Source of the DNA: the human T2T-CHM13v2.0 reference genome, Homo sapiens
DNA: 64,000 bases
Direction: 5' to 3' (one strand)
Assembly: GCF_009914755.1 (NCBI RefSeq)
Contig: NC_060925.1
Positions within the stretch are counted from its first letter, which is position 1. The number at the start of each line of letters is the position of its first letter. This document shows, piece after piece, positions 31,755 through 45,760 of the stretch. A program made the position numbers and the translations under genes. The notes below the pieces were generated by a model. That model was not told where the DNA came from. It did no database searches and worked only from the letters and a program-made list of their open reading frames with translations.

Positions 31755-32230
31755 ATTATACAGTTTAATAAAGGCTCTTTAGTTGCAGTGGAAATTTCCT
31801 CAAGTTAGCTCAAATGAACAATTTGTTGTTAAGGTATGATATCCTCAGAGAAATAAGTTATAACCACGTCTCTTGGGAGCTAGAGCCCCCAGGGACTGAG
31901 ACGTCTACCTGCTCCATTTCACCTCACCTCTTTAGTGGCCGATGCGATTGATCTTCTTTGGGTCCCTCTGCTTCATTGTTTCTACCTTTCTCTAGAGAAT
32001 GACGTTGGTGCGTCATGGCTGACAATGGCTGCTCCAAACCTCACTTGACGTGACCTTTCATTTTGTACTCCTCTCCTCTACTATTTTCTAAATATGCAAT
32101 TTACTGAAAGAAATGAATTAGTTGTTGGCAAGGGAATGGATTGATTTTCCTAGGTCAGATGTTCACCTCTGACTTAATCTGCCATGGTGTGATGGCTGGG
32201 TACCATGATGGACGCATGGCTGTCTAATCC
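31755..32230 (-). mobile_element. Old MLT1 (L/M/N-type) LTR remnant
   Basis: 'ggctctttagttgcag...ctcaagttagctcaa' start and 'tgattttcctaggtcagatgttcacctctg' end resemble late-MLT1 LTRs. Confidence 0.4.
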
Positions 32231-34679
32231 AGCCCTTTAGTGGGAATTGAAAGAGGAACTGAAATTCTAAGTTTTGTATGTCATCATATACCACATAATC
32301 GATCTTTGACATTTATCAACACACAACAAAAGTTCATGAAAACAAAAAGAAGAGCAGAAAAATTGAAGGAGATTTTACAAAAACATGTAACAGAGATTTG
32401 GGGAAAATATATCTTGCTTCATATGTGTTTTTCACTGAAATCATCACTGTGCCCCCATATTTAAGGCTACTTTCATGATGTAGCATGAGATTCTTTAAAT
32501 TTATGAAGAGCAATAATTTTATTCTAAATAATCCTTCTCATTTTAATTTTTCCTCCCATGCATACATGGGGATGCATTTCAGGGGTAATATGAGGAATAT
32601 AATTTGGATTCCACTTTCTTTTTTCTAGCTTTCACAAGGTCTAGGTCCCCTTAGGCATGATTTCCCTAAGTTTCACTGAATAATGATCTTTGGTCCACAG
32701 TAAATATCTTTTTTTCTGTCTTTTTTTCTTTTCCACCTTTTCCTTTTATCTTCCAAAATCCATTATTATTTTCTCTAAACAACAATTCTCAGTTTCTTTT
32801 GTAGTTACACAACTGTTGTGAATATTAATGGTATTCTTCAAGGGGTATTATTTATAGCAGGAAATATGGGCCTTTGATCAGTGTTTTTCTTAAATAAAAC
32901 CCTCATGCATTGTGGGTAGATTGTATTTCTCTTATCTTATGTTGGGCATTTCGTTGCTCATTTCAATCTTTCCTTCTATAACAGACTTGGAGGCTGTTGG
33001 AGACTTTTAAGTTGTTCTTTTTAAAAAGCCTTTTTCTCCTTTATTATGTGATCTCTCTAATGCTGGCTCTGGGAATGGTGATGTCTGCCCTGGTTGGAAA
33101 TCCTTTTGCTACACTCCCTAAAGGCAGCAAGTGATTCAGGGGTGACTGTGTAATTTGTTTTGTACCGTGGAATTCCTGCCATGCCTATATGTATTTAGAC
33201 CACAGGCAAACCAATAAAGTTGTCATAGAAACAAAGCATTTCATGAATAAATCAATCCATAACAAACTTGTAAACTTCAAACAACCCACTGTGCTTTAAC
33301 AACACATCCGTTACATACACAAAATAATCATGTTTGTAATGAGCAATGCACAATATTATTCTTTCCCATACATTTGGTCCTGTTTGCCATCTTATAAATA
33401 TTCCTTAATGTATTTTTATGCAGCCTGTAGATTCCCACTGAGCTGGAATGAAATAAGTAACTCCAGCTGGTATGATAATACTGGAAAAGCAGACTTTAAA
33501 AAATGTACCTTATGGTGAACCCCAGTTCACACAATATGTTTGGAATACCTATTCAGATCAGAGGGGATTGAAATTGTGGCTAATAAAGTTTCCTCATGTT
33601 GATCAACTCTAATATTCCTTTTTCATTTTTCAGTTTGCTTGTTTGGCTTTTAATATCCTGCTCTGCATATAGTGGGCATCTTCAGGGAATGTGGTTGACT
33701 GGCAGCAGGGTGTGGTTAGCTATTTGAAAAGTGGCACTGGGTATTTTTAAAAGGATGAACGATCTGTGCCAGAAACTATCGTGACCTGATTGGAGAAAGA
33801 AAATGCTTTGAGGAAAAAAAGAATATTATTGTGTAAAACTTAAATTCCTTTGCAGATGGTAAAAAGACAAGGAAAAGGCAGAGCTAGAGAAGGAGGTCAG
33901 TGTAGTACAAGTCCTCTGGGGCTTGCTTTGGCTTCCAGAACATGAGAACTTTTCTTATTTTCATTTGGTGTGAAATTCTCTCTGTGAGTACATTTAGGTG
34001 TTGTCCTGCCTAGCAGACACGCTGGATTAGATCACCTTATTGCGGTATCTTCCTCTATTCTCACGAGTTCTGTTAACACCTTTGGCTACACCTTCATTGT
34101 GACATCTCAGCCTAATTAGACATCTCACAAATGCCTGTCATCAGATGATCAAAGGGCCCTCTATCCATATATTAAGGTATAGATATGAATTTTGTTTTCC
34201 GATAACTGCCTTAGTAATATCCAACCTTACTATGTTGAATCTCATAACATCCGGGAAGATTCCAGAGCTTTTCAGCCACTGTCAATTATTAAAATGTAGT
34301 CCAGTCTAGTTTACAACCTTAATTCCATATTTAATTCAAACTCTCTTCTTCATTGTTTTTAAGTGGGGAGAGTGGCTTTGGCCAGCCCTCTCACTTCCAG
34401 GGGTTTATGTAGATCCCTGGGACACCTCTTTTCCTAAGCACTACCAGGTCTGGGCAGGGAGGGTGGACACAGGAGGATGAGATTTTTTTGTTTAAGCTAC
34501 TGGGCAGACTCTTGCTCATTCTGTTCTCTGTGCTTCTGGTGGCCTTCACCAAGTGATGGTCTTGCCCAGGTGGTGTGCATGGTTTCCTTGGATCAATGGC
34601 AGGCTTCCCTAAAGCCCATCAACTACTGATAACACCCTCGTAAATGGGATGCCACCTCTCTTTTACCCTTGTTAGGGGT

Positions 34680-35049
34680 TGTGCTGGGTGGAATAGTGTT
34701 CACTCAAAATTCATATTCACTGGAAGCTGTGAATGTGATCTCATTTGAAAATAGAGTCTTTGCAGGATAAATTCAGACATAAAGATATAGGGGAGGAGAA
34801 AGTCAGGTGAAGTTAGAGGCAGAGAATGGAGTGACCCATCTACCAGCCCAGGAACACCTAGGATTTATGACAACTACGAAAAATTAGGAAAAGGTAAGGC
34901 AGGATTCTTCTCTAGAGCCAAAGGGAATGTGGCCCTGCCAACACATTGTTGTTGAGCTTCTAGCCTCTAAAACTGTGAGAAAATAAACTTGTTTTAAGCC
35001 ACCTGGTTTGAGGTCCTTTATTATGGCAGCCCTGGGAAGCTAATAAACA
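34680..35049 (+). mobile_element. MLT1B/C LTR with internal deletion
   Basis: 'gaatgtgatctcatttgaaaatagagtctttgcag', 'gtggccctgccaacac', 'ggcagccctgggaagctaata'. Confidence 0.8.
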
Positions 35050-35366
35050 GGTCCACATCTCAAATTTCATTTTTAGGTGGAAAAAAAGAACCATTCAACA
35101 TCCTTACAAACCTCTAAACAAGTGTGCTCCAAACTGAAGTCGTTTTCTTTCCCTAAATCTGCTCCTCCATGTGTACCTCTAGATCAAGCCTGGCACCCCT
35201 CTCCTCTGCGACTCTAGCCTCCCTCTTGAGAGTTGTCTTCTACTCTTCCCTTTCCCTCACATCCTCTCCCTCCCCACATCTTTAAGGCCTCATTTCTTTC
35301 AGGGGGAAGTCCAGATTCTCGATGTTTATTATGCCTCCATCCTTTGCCCTCGAGGTGTCTCACTAG

Positions 35367-35530
35367 CCTCACCTGCAACCACAGGTACAGGCTGTGCTTT
35401 GCTTCCTATGCCAAACTGTCCCTCACCCACCGCAGCTAAGGTAATTATCCTCACCTGCAACCACAGGTACACACTGTGCTTTGCTTCCTATGTCAAACTG
35501 TCCCTCACCCACCCCAGCTAAGGTAATTAT
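35367..35530. repeat. 82-bp head-to-tail tandem duplication
   Basis: Copies at 35367-35448 and 35449-35530 with 4 mismatches. Confidence 0.92.
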
Positions 35531-35914
35531 CTTTCTTTGTTCCTTCTCTGGGCCCCCATAGCACTTTTGTGTCAGTTAGTCACTGATGTCTTCTGCTCTG
35601 ACACACTAAACTTTGCAGTCATAGGGGCAGGCACTTTGCCTTCTTCATCACTATTTCCCCCAGTGCTAAGCAGAAAGCCTGATTAGAGAGAGCAAAGAGA
35701 AAGGCATGGTATATGAGTGGAAGTGGAGCAAAGGGGATAACACCTAAGAGAAAGGGATAAAACTCCATAAGCATAAAACACCCGTATAAAGGGGTATTTT
35801 AACTCTCCTGGAATTTCAACTTCCCGTAAATGGTAAAGGGGCTCATAGGGGTTATGTAATAAATACAGGACAAATGACAGGACAAATGATAACATTCCGA
35901 GATGGCTTACAACC

Positions 35915-36110
35915 TGCCAGACCTATGCTGAGCACTTAACTTGCATCTGTCACTTCATCTACACAACAGCCTCTGACAAATTCCTTCAATCGATGAAGCA
36001 AATGGGGCTCTGAGACATTAAGTAAATTGCCTTAGGTCACACACTCAGTAAATGGCAGGAAGAGGATTTGAACCCAATTGTGTCTGAATCTGATCATGGT
36101 TTTAACAACT
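35915..36110 (-). mobile_element. MIR
   Basis: 'taagtaaattgccttaggtcacacac...ggatttgaacccaattgtgtctga' MIR core. Confidence 0.7.
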
Positions 36111-37819
36111 AAGATTTATCCTGTCATGTTGCATAGGTTCTGAGTATTATGAGTATTCTCCTACAACTGAGGAAGTGCAGCTGCTGAATGCAGTTTTTCC
36201 TTGATTGGGACAACATCAATCTAAAGTCAGTAAGGAGTATCTTCATTAAAGAATATTCTGCCCAAGTTTCATACCTTAGTGATTTATTTAATCTTGGCAT
36301 CATAGAGAAGTGTATTAAACAACTTTAGGATATTAGTGAGAAAATTTTTCTTAAACATTTATATGTATTTCCTTAAGTGTAAAATAGCGTTATTATTGAG
36401 GGCTGTTATAAGAACTATATGAAATAATGGGAAATGTTCATTTCTCTCTCTCTTTTTTCATCTTTTTCCTGAACTATAACTTGCATGTAATGCCTTATAA
36501 TTTTTAAAAGTGTCTTCATGTATACTTAATTATATAAAATATTCATTATGAAATACATTATATTTAACACATATTAGTAGTAGTAGTAGTAATTCATTTG
36601 ATCAGCATATCTGGAGGGTTGAAAAGACACAGCTTCTGAGGGGTCCTCACCATTAGGCTGGGCCAGATGTTCCAGAACAGTCAGTACCGATTCACCAATT
36701 CTGAGTGCACACTGTGCTCTGGGCATCCCTGACCACCCAGTGATCACTCAGCAGCAAGCTGAGCACATCAGGGCCAAACTTAATCCTCAGGGAAGCCTCA
36801 TGGGCTGAGTATAGTACAAAAAGACTTGTTCTGGCTTACAACTGTTTTGGATTTAGATTTCAAAGAGTTTAACTTAGACTTTAAACTCTTAAAAATCACT
36901 ATGTCAAAAGCAAAATCTATATGGGATTCTTAACCTAAGTACATACGTGCATTTCTTTTTCTCAGCAGAATATCCATAGGATTCAAAAGATTTTCAAAGT
37001 GGTTCATGGGCCAATGATGGTTAGGAATCTTTTTATTTTTTACCTTGAGACTATTCTGGGGATCCCTATAAATTCTGGGGTCCCAAAACATCTGGCCAAA
37101 TAAAATTCCCTTTGCCCCAGAAGCTATATGAAGCTCAGTTAAACCCCCTAAAACCTTTTAAAACATGTTTAGGCTTTGTGTAATTGCCTGTACGTATTCT
37201 TACTACTCTAGATTCATTGTTAGGATGATAATTGTGGCTTTTGACTCCTGAATGATACTGCAGCATTCAAGCAATGCAAAGTAGGCATTTAAAAATGTGA
37301 AAATTTAGGTTTCTTTGAGGGGCTCTTCATTGAGGCTCTTCCTTCTTAAAATTTCCATACAGACATATTTTCCACTTGAATTTACATAAATACTAAGTTA
37401 GAAACAAAATTTATCTATTGAAGAAAGGGGATAAATCTTCAATCACTATTATCAGCCTGTTTTGGAGCAGGGAGAAACACATCTAAGATATACCTAAGCC
37501 ACAGTCTCAGTTCAATTTTTGTAACCAGAGAGATCCAGGTTCATTTTTGTGCCCCCTACATACTAGCTGTTTGAACTGGGAGATAAGGATAATGGAGATA
37601 ATGGTATATAATTCTCAGGAGAACAGTAGCAATTAAATGACTATTTGGTGATATTTAATGAGTGATTTTTTTTAATTTCAAGCATTGTATGAAGAGCTTA
37701 AAATAAAATATGTCAAGTTAATCATTTAAATAGCTCCAGTTTAAAGTGAGGGAATCAAGGCTCAGATAGTTAAAATAATAACACGAGCACTCATTTATTG
37801 CCTTGCACACAACGCATGC

Positions 37820-37996
37820 TTTTTAATTTAATTTAATTTTTAGAGACAGGATCTTGCTCTCTTGCCCATGCTGGAGGGCAGTGGCATGATCATAGCTCAC
37901 TGCATGCAGCCTTGTCCTCCTAGGCTCAAGCCACACCCCCACCTCAAACTCCTGAGTAGCTAAAACTATAGGTGTGTGTGCCACCATGTCCAGCTA
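37820..37996 (-). mobile_element. FRAM / AluJ right monomer
   Basis: 'tagagacaggatcttgctct...gatcatagctcactgca...ccaccatgtccagcta', monomer only. Confidence 0.8.
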
Positions 37997-38163
37997 CAGA
38001 TTTAATTTTCTAAAGAACCAAATTAGCGAAGGCTGATTTCAGATTCTAGCCAATTAAGAAAAAATGACCAAACGATGTAATTAAGAGACAAAAGACATAA
38101 AATATTTTAATATGATCTCTGTTTTCTATTTTTTAAAAAGTACTCCACCTGTCTATTAAGATC

Positions 38164-38368
38164 TTTTTTCAACATTTATTTAGATACAGGGGTACATGTG
38201 CAGGTTTGTTACATGGATATAATGCACTCAGGTACTGAGCATAGTACCCAACAGGTAGTTTTTTGACCACCCCACCCCTCGCTTCAGTAGTCTACAGTGG
38301 TCTATTGTTCCCATGTTTGTGTCGGTGGGTGCTCAATGTTTAGCTTTCATTTAAAAGTGAGAACATGT
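38164..38368 (-). mobile_element. L1PA15/16-like 3'UTR fragment
   Basis: 'gggtacatgtgcaggtttgttacatgg...gagcatagtacccaacaggtag...aagtgagaacatg'. Confidence 0.8.
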
Positions 38369-38399
38369 ACATAGCATGTTCTTAACAAAAATGTTAGCC

Positions 38400-39060
38400 T
38401 TTCATCTTCTCCTCCGTTTCCAGGAACCCTAAGGTACGTGATTAGATTTTCTTTCTGTTTCTCCTGGCTCCACCCAATCAGCAGCAAGGCTGCTCCTTGG
38501 GGCCCCACCCACTGCTTCCTCTCTTTCCAGCTTTCTATCAGAAAGGCGGATAACTTACTGAAAGGCAAATACAGACATTATCTGGTAATTAGGCTCATTA
38601 ATTTTATAGGAAATTCTTTAATTTTCTATGGGGCCATGTTCTTGAAATGCATTATTTCCCTTTTATGACTTCACTTGCTTCAATGTCAGTAGAGATTAAA
38701 GGTTACATGCCCTGCTGGGAACAAACACAATTTTCCAGCAGCTGCATTTTGTTTTCCTTAATAATTAACAATTGCTGCTGACTAACCCTTGCGGCATAAA
38801 ATGCCCACCTTATCACAAAAGAGTGGGCATTGGTTTGAGGAACTCACAAGGGATATCAGCAAAAGAAGTGTGATTAAAGCATTAAAGATTTAAAGGTTGA
38901 CATTGGGATGAAAGGTGGAATTACAGTAAATATAATGCTGTTTAACATTAAATGGAATGTGTTGTACTTGCGACAGTTGTTCATTTCAACATTAATTATT
39001 AAGGGAACTTGACAACTCATTTTTAATTCGCAACTGAAGACAAAATTTCTTAAGATGTAA
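38400..39060. promoter_or_regulatory. Candidate conserved non-coding element / developmental enhancer
   Basis: No recognisable repeat; dense TAAT/TAATTA motifs, ACAAT SOX sites, CAGCTG E-box; conservation inferred, not measured. Confidence 0.4.
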
Positions 39061-39182
39061 ATACAACAAAGAAGCTCAGAAAGTTGGTGCTTTTTATTCC
39101 CTTTTATTATTCTGTGATTTTTACCTTGATAAAATCTATAAGCAAATTAGAATGGAATGTACCTAAATTGTACAAATCAGGC

Positions 39183-39564
39183 TGTATTATTCCATTCTCA
39201 TAGTGCTATAAAGAACTGCCTGAGATTGGGTAATTTATAAAGGAAAGAGCTTTAATGGACTGACAGTTCAGCATGGGTAGGGAGGCCTCAGGAAACTTAC
39301 AATCATGGCAGAAGGTGAAGGGAAGAAGGCACCTTCTCCACAAGGCAGCAGGAAGAAGTGCAGAGTGAAGTGGGAAGAACCGCTAAAAAAACCATCAGAT
39401 CTCATGAGACCTCACTTACAATCATGAAAGCAACATGGGGGAACCACCCTCTTGATTCAATTACCTCCACCTGGTCTCTCCCTTGACATGTGGGGATTAT
39501 GGGGATTATAGGAATTACAATTCAAGATGACATTTGGGTGGGGACACAAAGCCTAACCATATCA
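39183..39564 (-). mobile_element. THE1D solo LTR
   Basis: 'tgtattattccattctcat...ggggattatggggattat...cctaaccatatca'. Confidence 0.9.
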
Positions 39565-40139
39565 TAAGCATAGTTGTTGGTGAACTGATATTATGCCACT
39601 GGACAGAGAGATTAAGAAGTAAGTCAGGTTATATTGGAAATTGTTTCACATATTCCTCATTATTTTGATTTGAAGATTTTCTTGGAGATATACAATTTAA
39701 ATAGCATTTGAAGCAAACTTTGTATTTTAAATCAATTTTCTTCTAAGACGAGGGTAAGCATGTTTATTATTTATCTTTTAATAAGAAATGAACAGCAGAT
39801 GATAATGTGATCAAATATGCATTGCCTGGGTTTATATGTGAAATTGATAAATATTCAAATTGTATTTAAAATCTACTGTCAATTACAATGTGCATGCTCT
39901 TTGTTGAGTAAAATTTTGGAGGAAATTTTTGATGACCAAGTGATATTGTATAAGTGTACTTAAATAAAAAGAGAAAAAAATGATACAGTGAAGAAATTTA
40001 TGGTGGGGGAATTCAAAGGGCAATTTTGGTTAATTCTTTCTAGTAAAATACAATAAAAGTCAATAGTGCTACTGTGTGATTATGATTTGCTTTCACTTTA
40101 AAGAACGTCTATGGATTGGTATCAGGAACATATCATTAC

Positions 40140-40510
40140 AGAGTCACCCGGTTTAGGCCAAGTTATGCTGCAGTAACAAAAGACCTAAAAGTGTAGGGAT
40201 TTGCATAAATGAAAGTACATTTCTGACTTATGTCACATATGTATTGAATGTTTTCTTTGGTTCTTCATTCTGGGACTCGGACTAGAGTATCATCCCCAAT
40301 CTGGGATATTGTTAGTATCATGGGAGAGGGAGAAAGAAAGAGGACAGAAGCACTCAATAATTCTTAAAGCTTTTCTTAGAAGTAGCATATGTCATTTTTG
40401 CTCACATTTCAATGGTCAAAGCAAGTTACAAGGTCAATTCTGATGTTAGTGGGGTGGGGAAGAATAAAAAAGGAACCAATTTTGGAAAGGATAATACAAT
40501 TTACTTCCTC
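40140..40510 (-). mobile_element. MLT1J-like LTR
   Basis: 'ttatgctgcagtaacaaa', 'gctcacatttcaatggtcaaagcaagttac'. Confidence 0.6.
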
Positions 40511-41589
40511 TCTACATAAACATATCTTAAAGTTTTTATATAATATATCACTTGAGATATATGGACACAAGTTTTCTGAGGGCATTTAGATTGGCAACTA
40601 GCATCCATCCTCTCGCTGATAATCTTATAGGGAGAATTATCACGTTGATTTTATAGTAGAAAAATATTCAATAAAAATGATTTTTTAAATTTTAAAAAAT
40701 CAAGTGTCAATCAGTGTGCTGGAGTTGCTGAGGAAAGAGAAATCTGTCAAATGACCCTGCCATAGGAATATGAATCAGAAAAATTGGATAGGCCTTATTA
40801 GTTGTAGCGTATGTCTATACTGCCATCCTGAAATATGCATCTAGAATTAAACATGTTTTATGGATATTAGGGAAGCTAGCATTTACCAGTTTGAGAATAA
40901 GATGAAACAGCTACTGCAAAACATAAGGTCATTACCCTAAATGGATAAAGGGTAACTGTCCCTGAAATGAGTTATAAAACCCTCATTTTACAAAATAGGA
41001 AAATAAAGCAAATTTGTGATGATAGAGAACAATCTTTTTAGAACATCTCTTAAATAATGTTGAAGAATTTGCAAAATGCTTTAACAGAAATCATCCACTT
41101 AATTATGCAGGATATAGACTACTAGCGTCATTTTCTGTGCAGGGGAGCTCGGAGCTCAGCTTCGGTGAGGTAAGTAACCTGCTTAAGGACATGGCAGACC
41201 TGGGATTTAAATGCAGATCTCCCACTCTGATTTCAGTGTCCTTTCCACTGACATAAGCTGTCTCCCAATACAGAAAATTATATCCTGCTAAATGGGGAAA
41301 AATGGCAAATATGTTTTAATGGAAAAAAAGATATACTTGAGTTTGGTCCTGGTTGTATTACTACTAAAGCGATGTCATATATTTAGACAAGTCACTTCAG
41401 TTTTATATACCTCAGTTTCTTCACCTGCACCATCAGGGCATTGGATTATGTATTTTCTCAAGGTCTTGTCTCAACAGTAGTACTTGATAAATTAAACAAC
41501 TTACAGTCTCTTTTTGCTCACACTGACCCTCAGCACCCAGACATGTACCAAATCAGTAAGAGAATATGCTTTCCCCAGCACACTAGCTA

Positions 41590-42211
41590 AAGCCACCCTG
41601 ATATTGGAATAACTATTATTAGCTCCAGAAACTCAAACTAGTTAAGCGGAAAAAAAAAATTTGTTGGCTCATGTGACTGGGAAGTCCAAGGTGACACATT
41701 CTTCAGACATGACCAAAAGCTGGGATTCAGAAAATCTAGCCCCATCACCCCCATCCGCTTTTCTTACTATCTACCCTTCTCTCTCATTTCTATTTGTCTC
41801 AAAACAGCTTTATTCACTCTCATAGTAAGCAAGCTGCCTTGCTTTATTTGTTGATATGTGGAGAATATGACTGACCACTGGTAGCTCCAGAGATGCATCC
41901 TTCCAGAATATAGAAGCTGGAGGACCTCTTCTCCTCCAAATACAAATCCTAAGAGCTTTGGGAAGGACTCTGATTGGCCAGGCTTGGACCGCATGCCCTC
42001 TCCTCTGCTAGACCCATCGCTTGCAAGGGGAATGTAAACTGTATTTTACCAGACCTGTGTCACTTGCCCAGCCCCTTGGACGCATGTTTGGCAGGCCCAC
42101 CGGAACCATACAGGCATGAGGAAAGGCAGTCACCCATAGATAGTGCGTGCTGTTACCAGAAGAATGGAGAAGGGGCTATGATTGGAAAAGCACAATAAAG
42201 ATTCACTGCAC
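41590..42211 (-). mobile_element. MLT1K/L-like LTR
   Basis: 'ttggctcatgtgactgggaagtcca', 'ggactctgattggccaggcttgg', 'gctgttaccagaagaa'. Confidence 0.55.
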
Positions 42212-42491
42212 ACGGTAAACATACATCTGAGCTGTCTCACTCACAGTTGGATTCCCAAATCAATGGACGAAAACTTGATGATGAAGCACACAATTATAAG
42301 CTCTAAGCTATGAGTAGAAACATGATTGTACTTTAGACCCATGGTCACATTATCCAACCCCTCCAGCATATTAAAGGACATATGAAGAAGATACATTCTC
42401 GACAGCATTCTTAATTTTAGGAATTACAGCATACATCCATACCTCCTTTAGGAACCGATAAGAAATATTTCATATATAGTCATAACCTCAA

Positions 42492-42800
42492 GAATGTTTC
42501 TCAAAGCTTGTTTCGTGGACTTCCAGTATTATGAGGTGTTGTGAGAAAGAGTCCTGTGGTTAAATTCTGTTGGGAAATGTTCCATATTGTCTTCACTCCA
42601 GAGAGTCATGATGTATCTTCGCATATTTAAAGTCATAGTAAAGAATCTTTGTTTAAGTCAGTATTTCCCAAACATTTTTGATTAGAGATCACCCCAACCA
42701 CACACACACAACAAAGAAAGAAGGAAGGACAGGAAGAGAAGAAGTAGAACATCTAATGATAACCTGTGGAAGTTCTTTGGATTGAATGTTGGAAAACAGT
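42492..42800. mobile_element. MER112-like hAT MITE
   Basis: 'gtttctcaaag...tgtggttaaa...ttgggaaa' with internal inverted copy 'cagtatttcccaaacattttt'. Confidence 0.5.
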
Positions 42801-43993
42801 GACCTAAATCTCTATTCTACATATATTTGTTTTATATCCCTTTTTAGGACAGAAAATTATCCTAGTATTTCCCAGCTGTTTAGAGTTAACACTTTTTAAA
42901 AGTTTTTTGACATGCAAACCAGTTTTAAGTTACTTCTACATGACAAATATGTCAGAACTTACCAAATGCTTAAAATTTTTGATATCATAAATACAACACT
43001 TGGAATTTAGAGGCAAACATCACTCCAACATATATCCATTAGTTTTTAAAAAAATAGATCATTGCAAACTCATTGCAAATAAATTATTTATGTGCAAGGA
43101 AATGTATTTTGGGGATCTAGAAGTAGATAAGAGATATTTCTCATGAAATAATGAACTGGATGGTCTGACTTTAGCATGTTTGAAAATCTCTCTGAGCTTT
43201 ACTTTCCTCCCTTGTAAAACTGAGATCATTTACCTTCCAGAGCTGTTTTGAAGAATTACATGATAAAATGTGAAAAATGAACTTAGTAATTATTAAATAT
43301 GTTTACATTAACATCCTTTCTTAGCATTTATTTTTCAGCCTAAATTTTCAAATCTTGAAGATTTATCTACTGAATGCTAAGGTGCTGGAAGAGGAGAGTG
43401 TAATTAATTAAAAAAAAAAGAATCAGGTATGGTCATGAGTAGAAAAGTGCTTACACAAATCTTAGAAAAGGAAATAACCATTTACATAAAGATAAACAAC
43501 AGAAGGCAGCAAGTGTCAACCAAATGAGGTTCCTAGACATTAAATACTATAGGAGCTCAGGAGTGGGAGAAGTCACTGCACGGGTAGTGAGTTCAAACAA
43601 GGCTTTATGGAGTCTTTGCAGCCTTGAATGAAGCAAAGCGGAGGAAGAAGAACAAATTAGAAGAGAAAAATAGCATAAGAAAAAGGGATGGAGATGAGCA
43701 AATTGGGTATTTTTAAGTGACAGTAAATAGATTAAAATAATTATGGTGAAAGACTTTGAGCAGCACAATGTAGGGTATAAAACAAGACATGTTGATCAAG
43801 TCCAGAAAGTACAATGCTTTGACTGCCAGACTGAAGTATGTGCACTTTATCTCATGAAGTAAACAGGTGATATTAGATATTCTTCAGGCAGGAAAGAGGC
43901 ATAAAATAGTTAATATTTCTGGTAAAATAGTATGGTAATATATACAAAGACTTAGTTTGGCTTGGAGGGAAATTTTAACATTAAAACTTTCTG

Positions 43994-44357
<364 letters not shown>

Positions 44358-45534
44358 TTACCAGGAAACCTGATTGTCCCTAGGCATTCAGCATTGTCAC
44401 ATTGAGCACTGCCCAAAAGGTGCTTGCCTGCATTGATGTTGTCAAATAGTAACTCCCTTCACCTGACAGAGACACTCACTGGTTTCCCTTTTTGCCTCCT
44501 GTGACCACAGCTCAGGATCTTGCATGAATACTCTTCCTTCCCTAGATAGCATCAAGTTCACTTTCTTCAATACAGGGAGCATTCCATTTGGCACTGGTCA
44601 GAGAAAATTCTTCATTCTACTCAATGAAACAATCTACCCTTTAAGACATTGCTCATTTTGAAGCACAAACCAATCAGTGCTACCCCCGGACCTAATTCCT
44701 AATGTTGGGGGACAGGGTCATACTCTCCCTTCACCTCATGTTACCCCTCCTGCTAGACAGGATTCTCATTGCATTGCCAAGACTTGCGAGTGGTGTAATG
44801 ACTCCCTGGTAGTCAGACATCATCAGAGGCTGTGAGACATTCACTAAGCTTATGAGGTTTCAATGAGAAGAATAATTAGATTTAAGATAAAAAAAATCTA
44901 CTAGCCTTCCTTTCCAAGTTCCAGAGATGGCTAAGAACGTTGACAAAAAAAAAAAAAAAAAAATGCATTCTAGGCCAATCCCAGGAGTGTCCTGATGAAG
45001 GCTATTTTTGAACTAGTGGTGCATGAAAAGAAAAATCTGCTTTGAATGTGGATGAGTAAACAACTCAACACATACAAATTTAAATTTCTGAAGAAACAAT
45101 TTCCACATATTTCACCTTTTCGCTCCTATTCTCATCCCAGTCACATGGTTAAGAAAATCTCAATCAGAATATGGATAATCTGAAAACTCTAAATATCACT
45201 CTCTGAAAAGATATTAATTGGAAAGTACTTTTCTAAATTATAAAATTAGAAAAAGTTCATATGTTGTATTGCTTTTTTGTGTTTTGTTTTTGTTTGTTTG
45301 TTTTTTCTTACCCACTACAAGCTTTCTGTTTGGAGTGACTATTACATAGCAGCACCAAGTAACCACTCCCCGACTCTACCCTTTTTTTTGATGTAATTTG
45401 AAGAAGCCAGCCCATTATATAAAGGAAAGTGAATTAACCTTTCTTCCTACTCATCTCTTCACCAGACAGGCAATGGGAGGCCCTGGCCAATCTCTGTGCA
45501 ATTTGATCTACTCTCACATTTGAAAGTGTAAGAA

Positions 45535-45760
45535 AGTACAGTGTAGAGGAAAGACACAGGCTTGGTAACCAGGTAAATCTAAGTTTAAATCCTTGCTCTG
45601 ATTCTTATTAACTACATGAGCTTAGGAAAATTAATTTCCTGAACCTCAGTTTGACCATGTGCGAAAATGTAACCAAAGTGTGGTCATGAGGATTAAAAAA
45701 AATACGTGTATTAAATACAAGTAGCTCAGATCTTGACTCATTAAATGCCCAACAAATGGC
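45535..45760 (+). mobile_element. MIR
   Basis: 'gtttaaatccttgctctg...cctgaacctcagttt'. Confidence 0.6.

Noticed and set aside
38800-38831. Hairpin as possible pre-miRNA (also 54890-54910)
   Set aside because: Stems of only 9 bp are far too short, and no mature miRNA sequence was recognised
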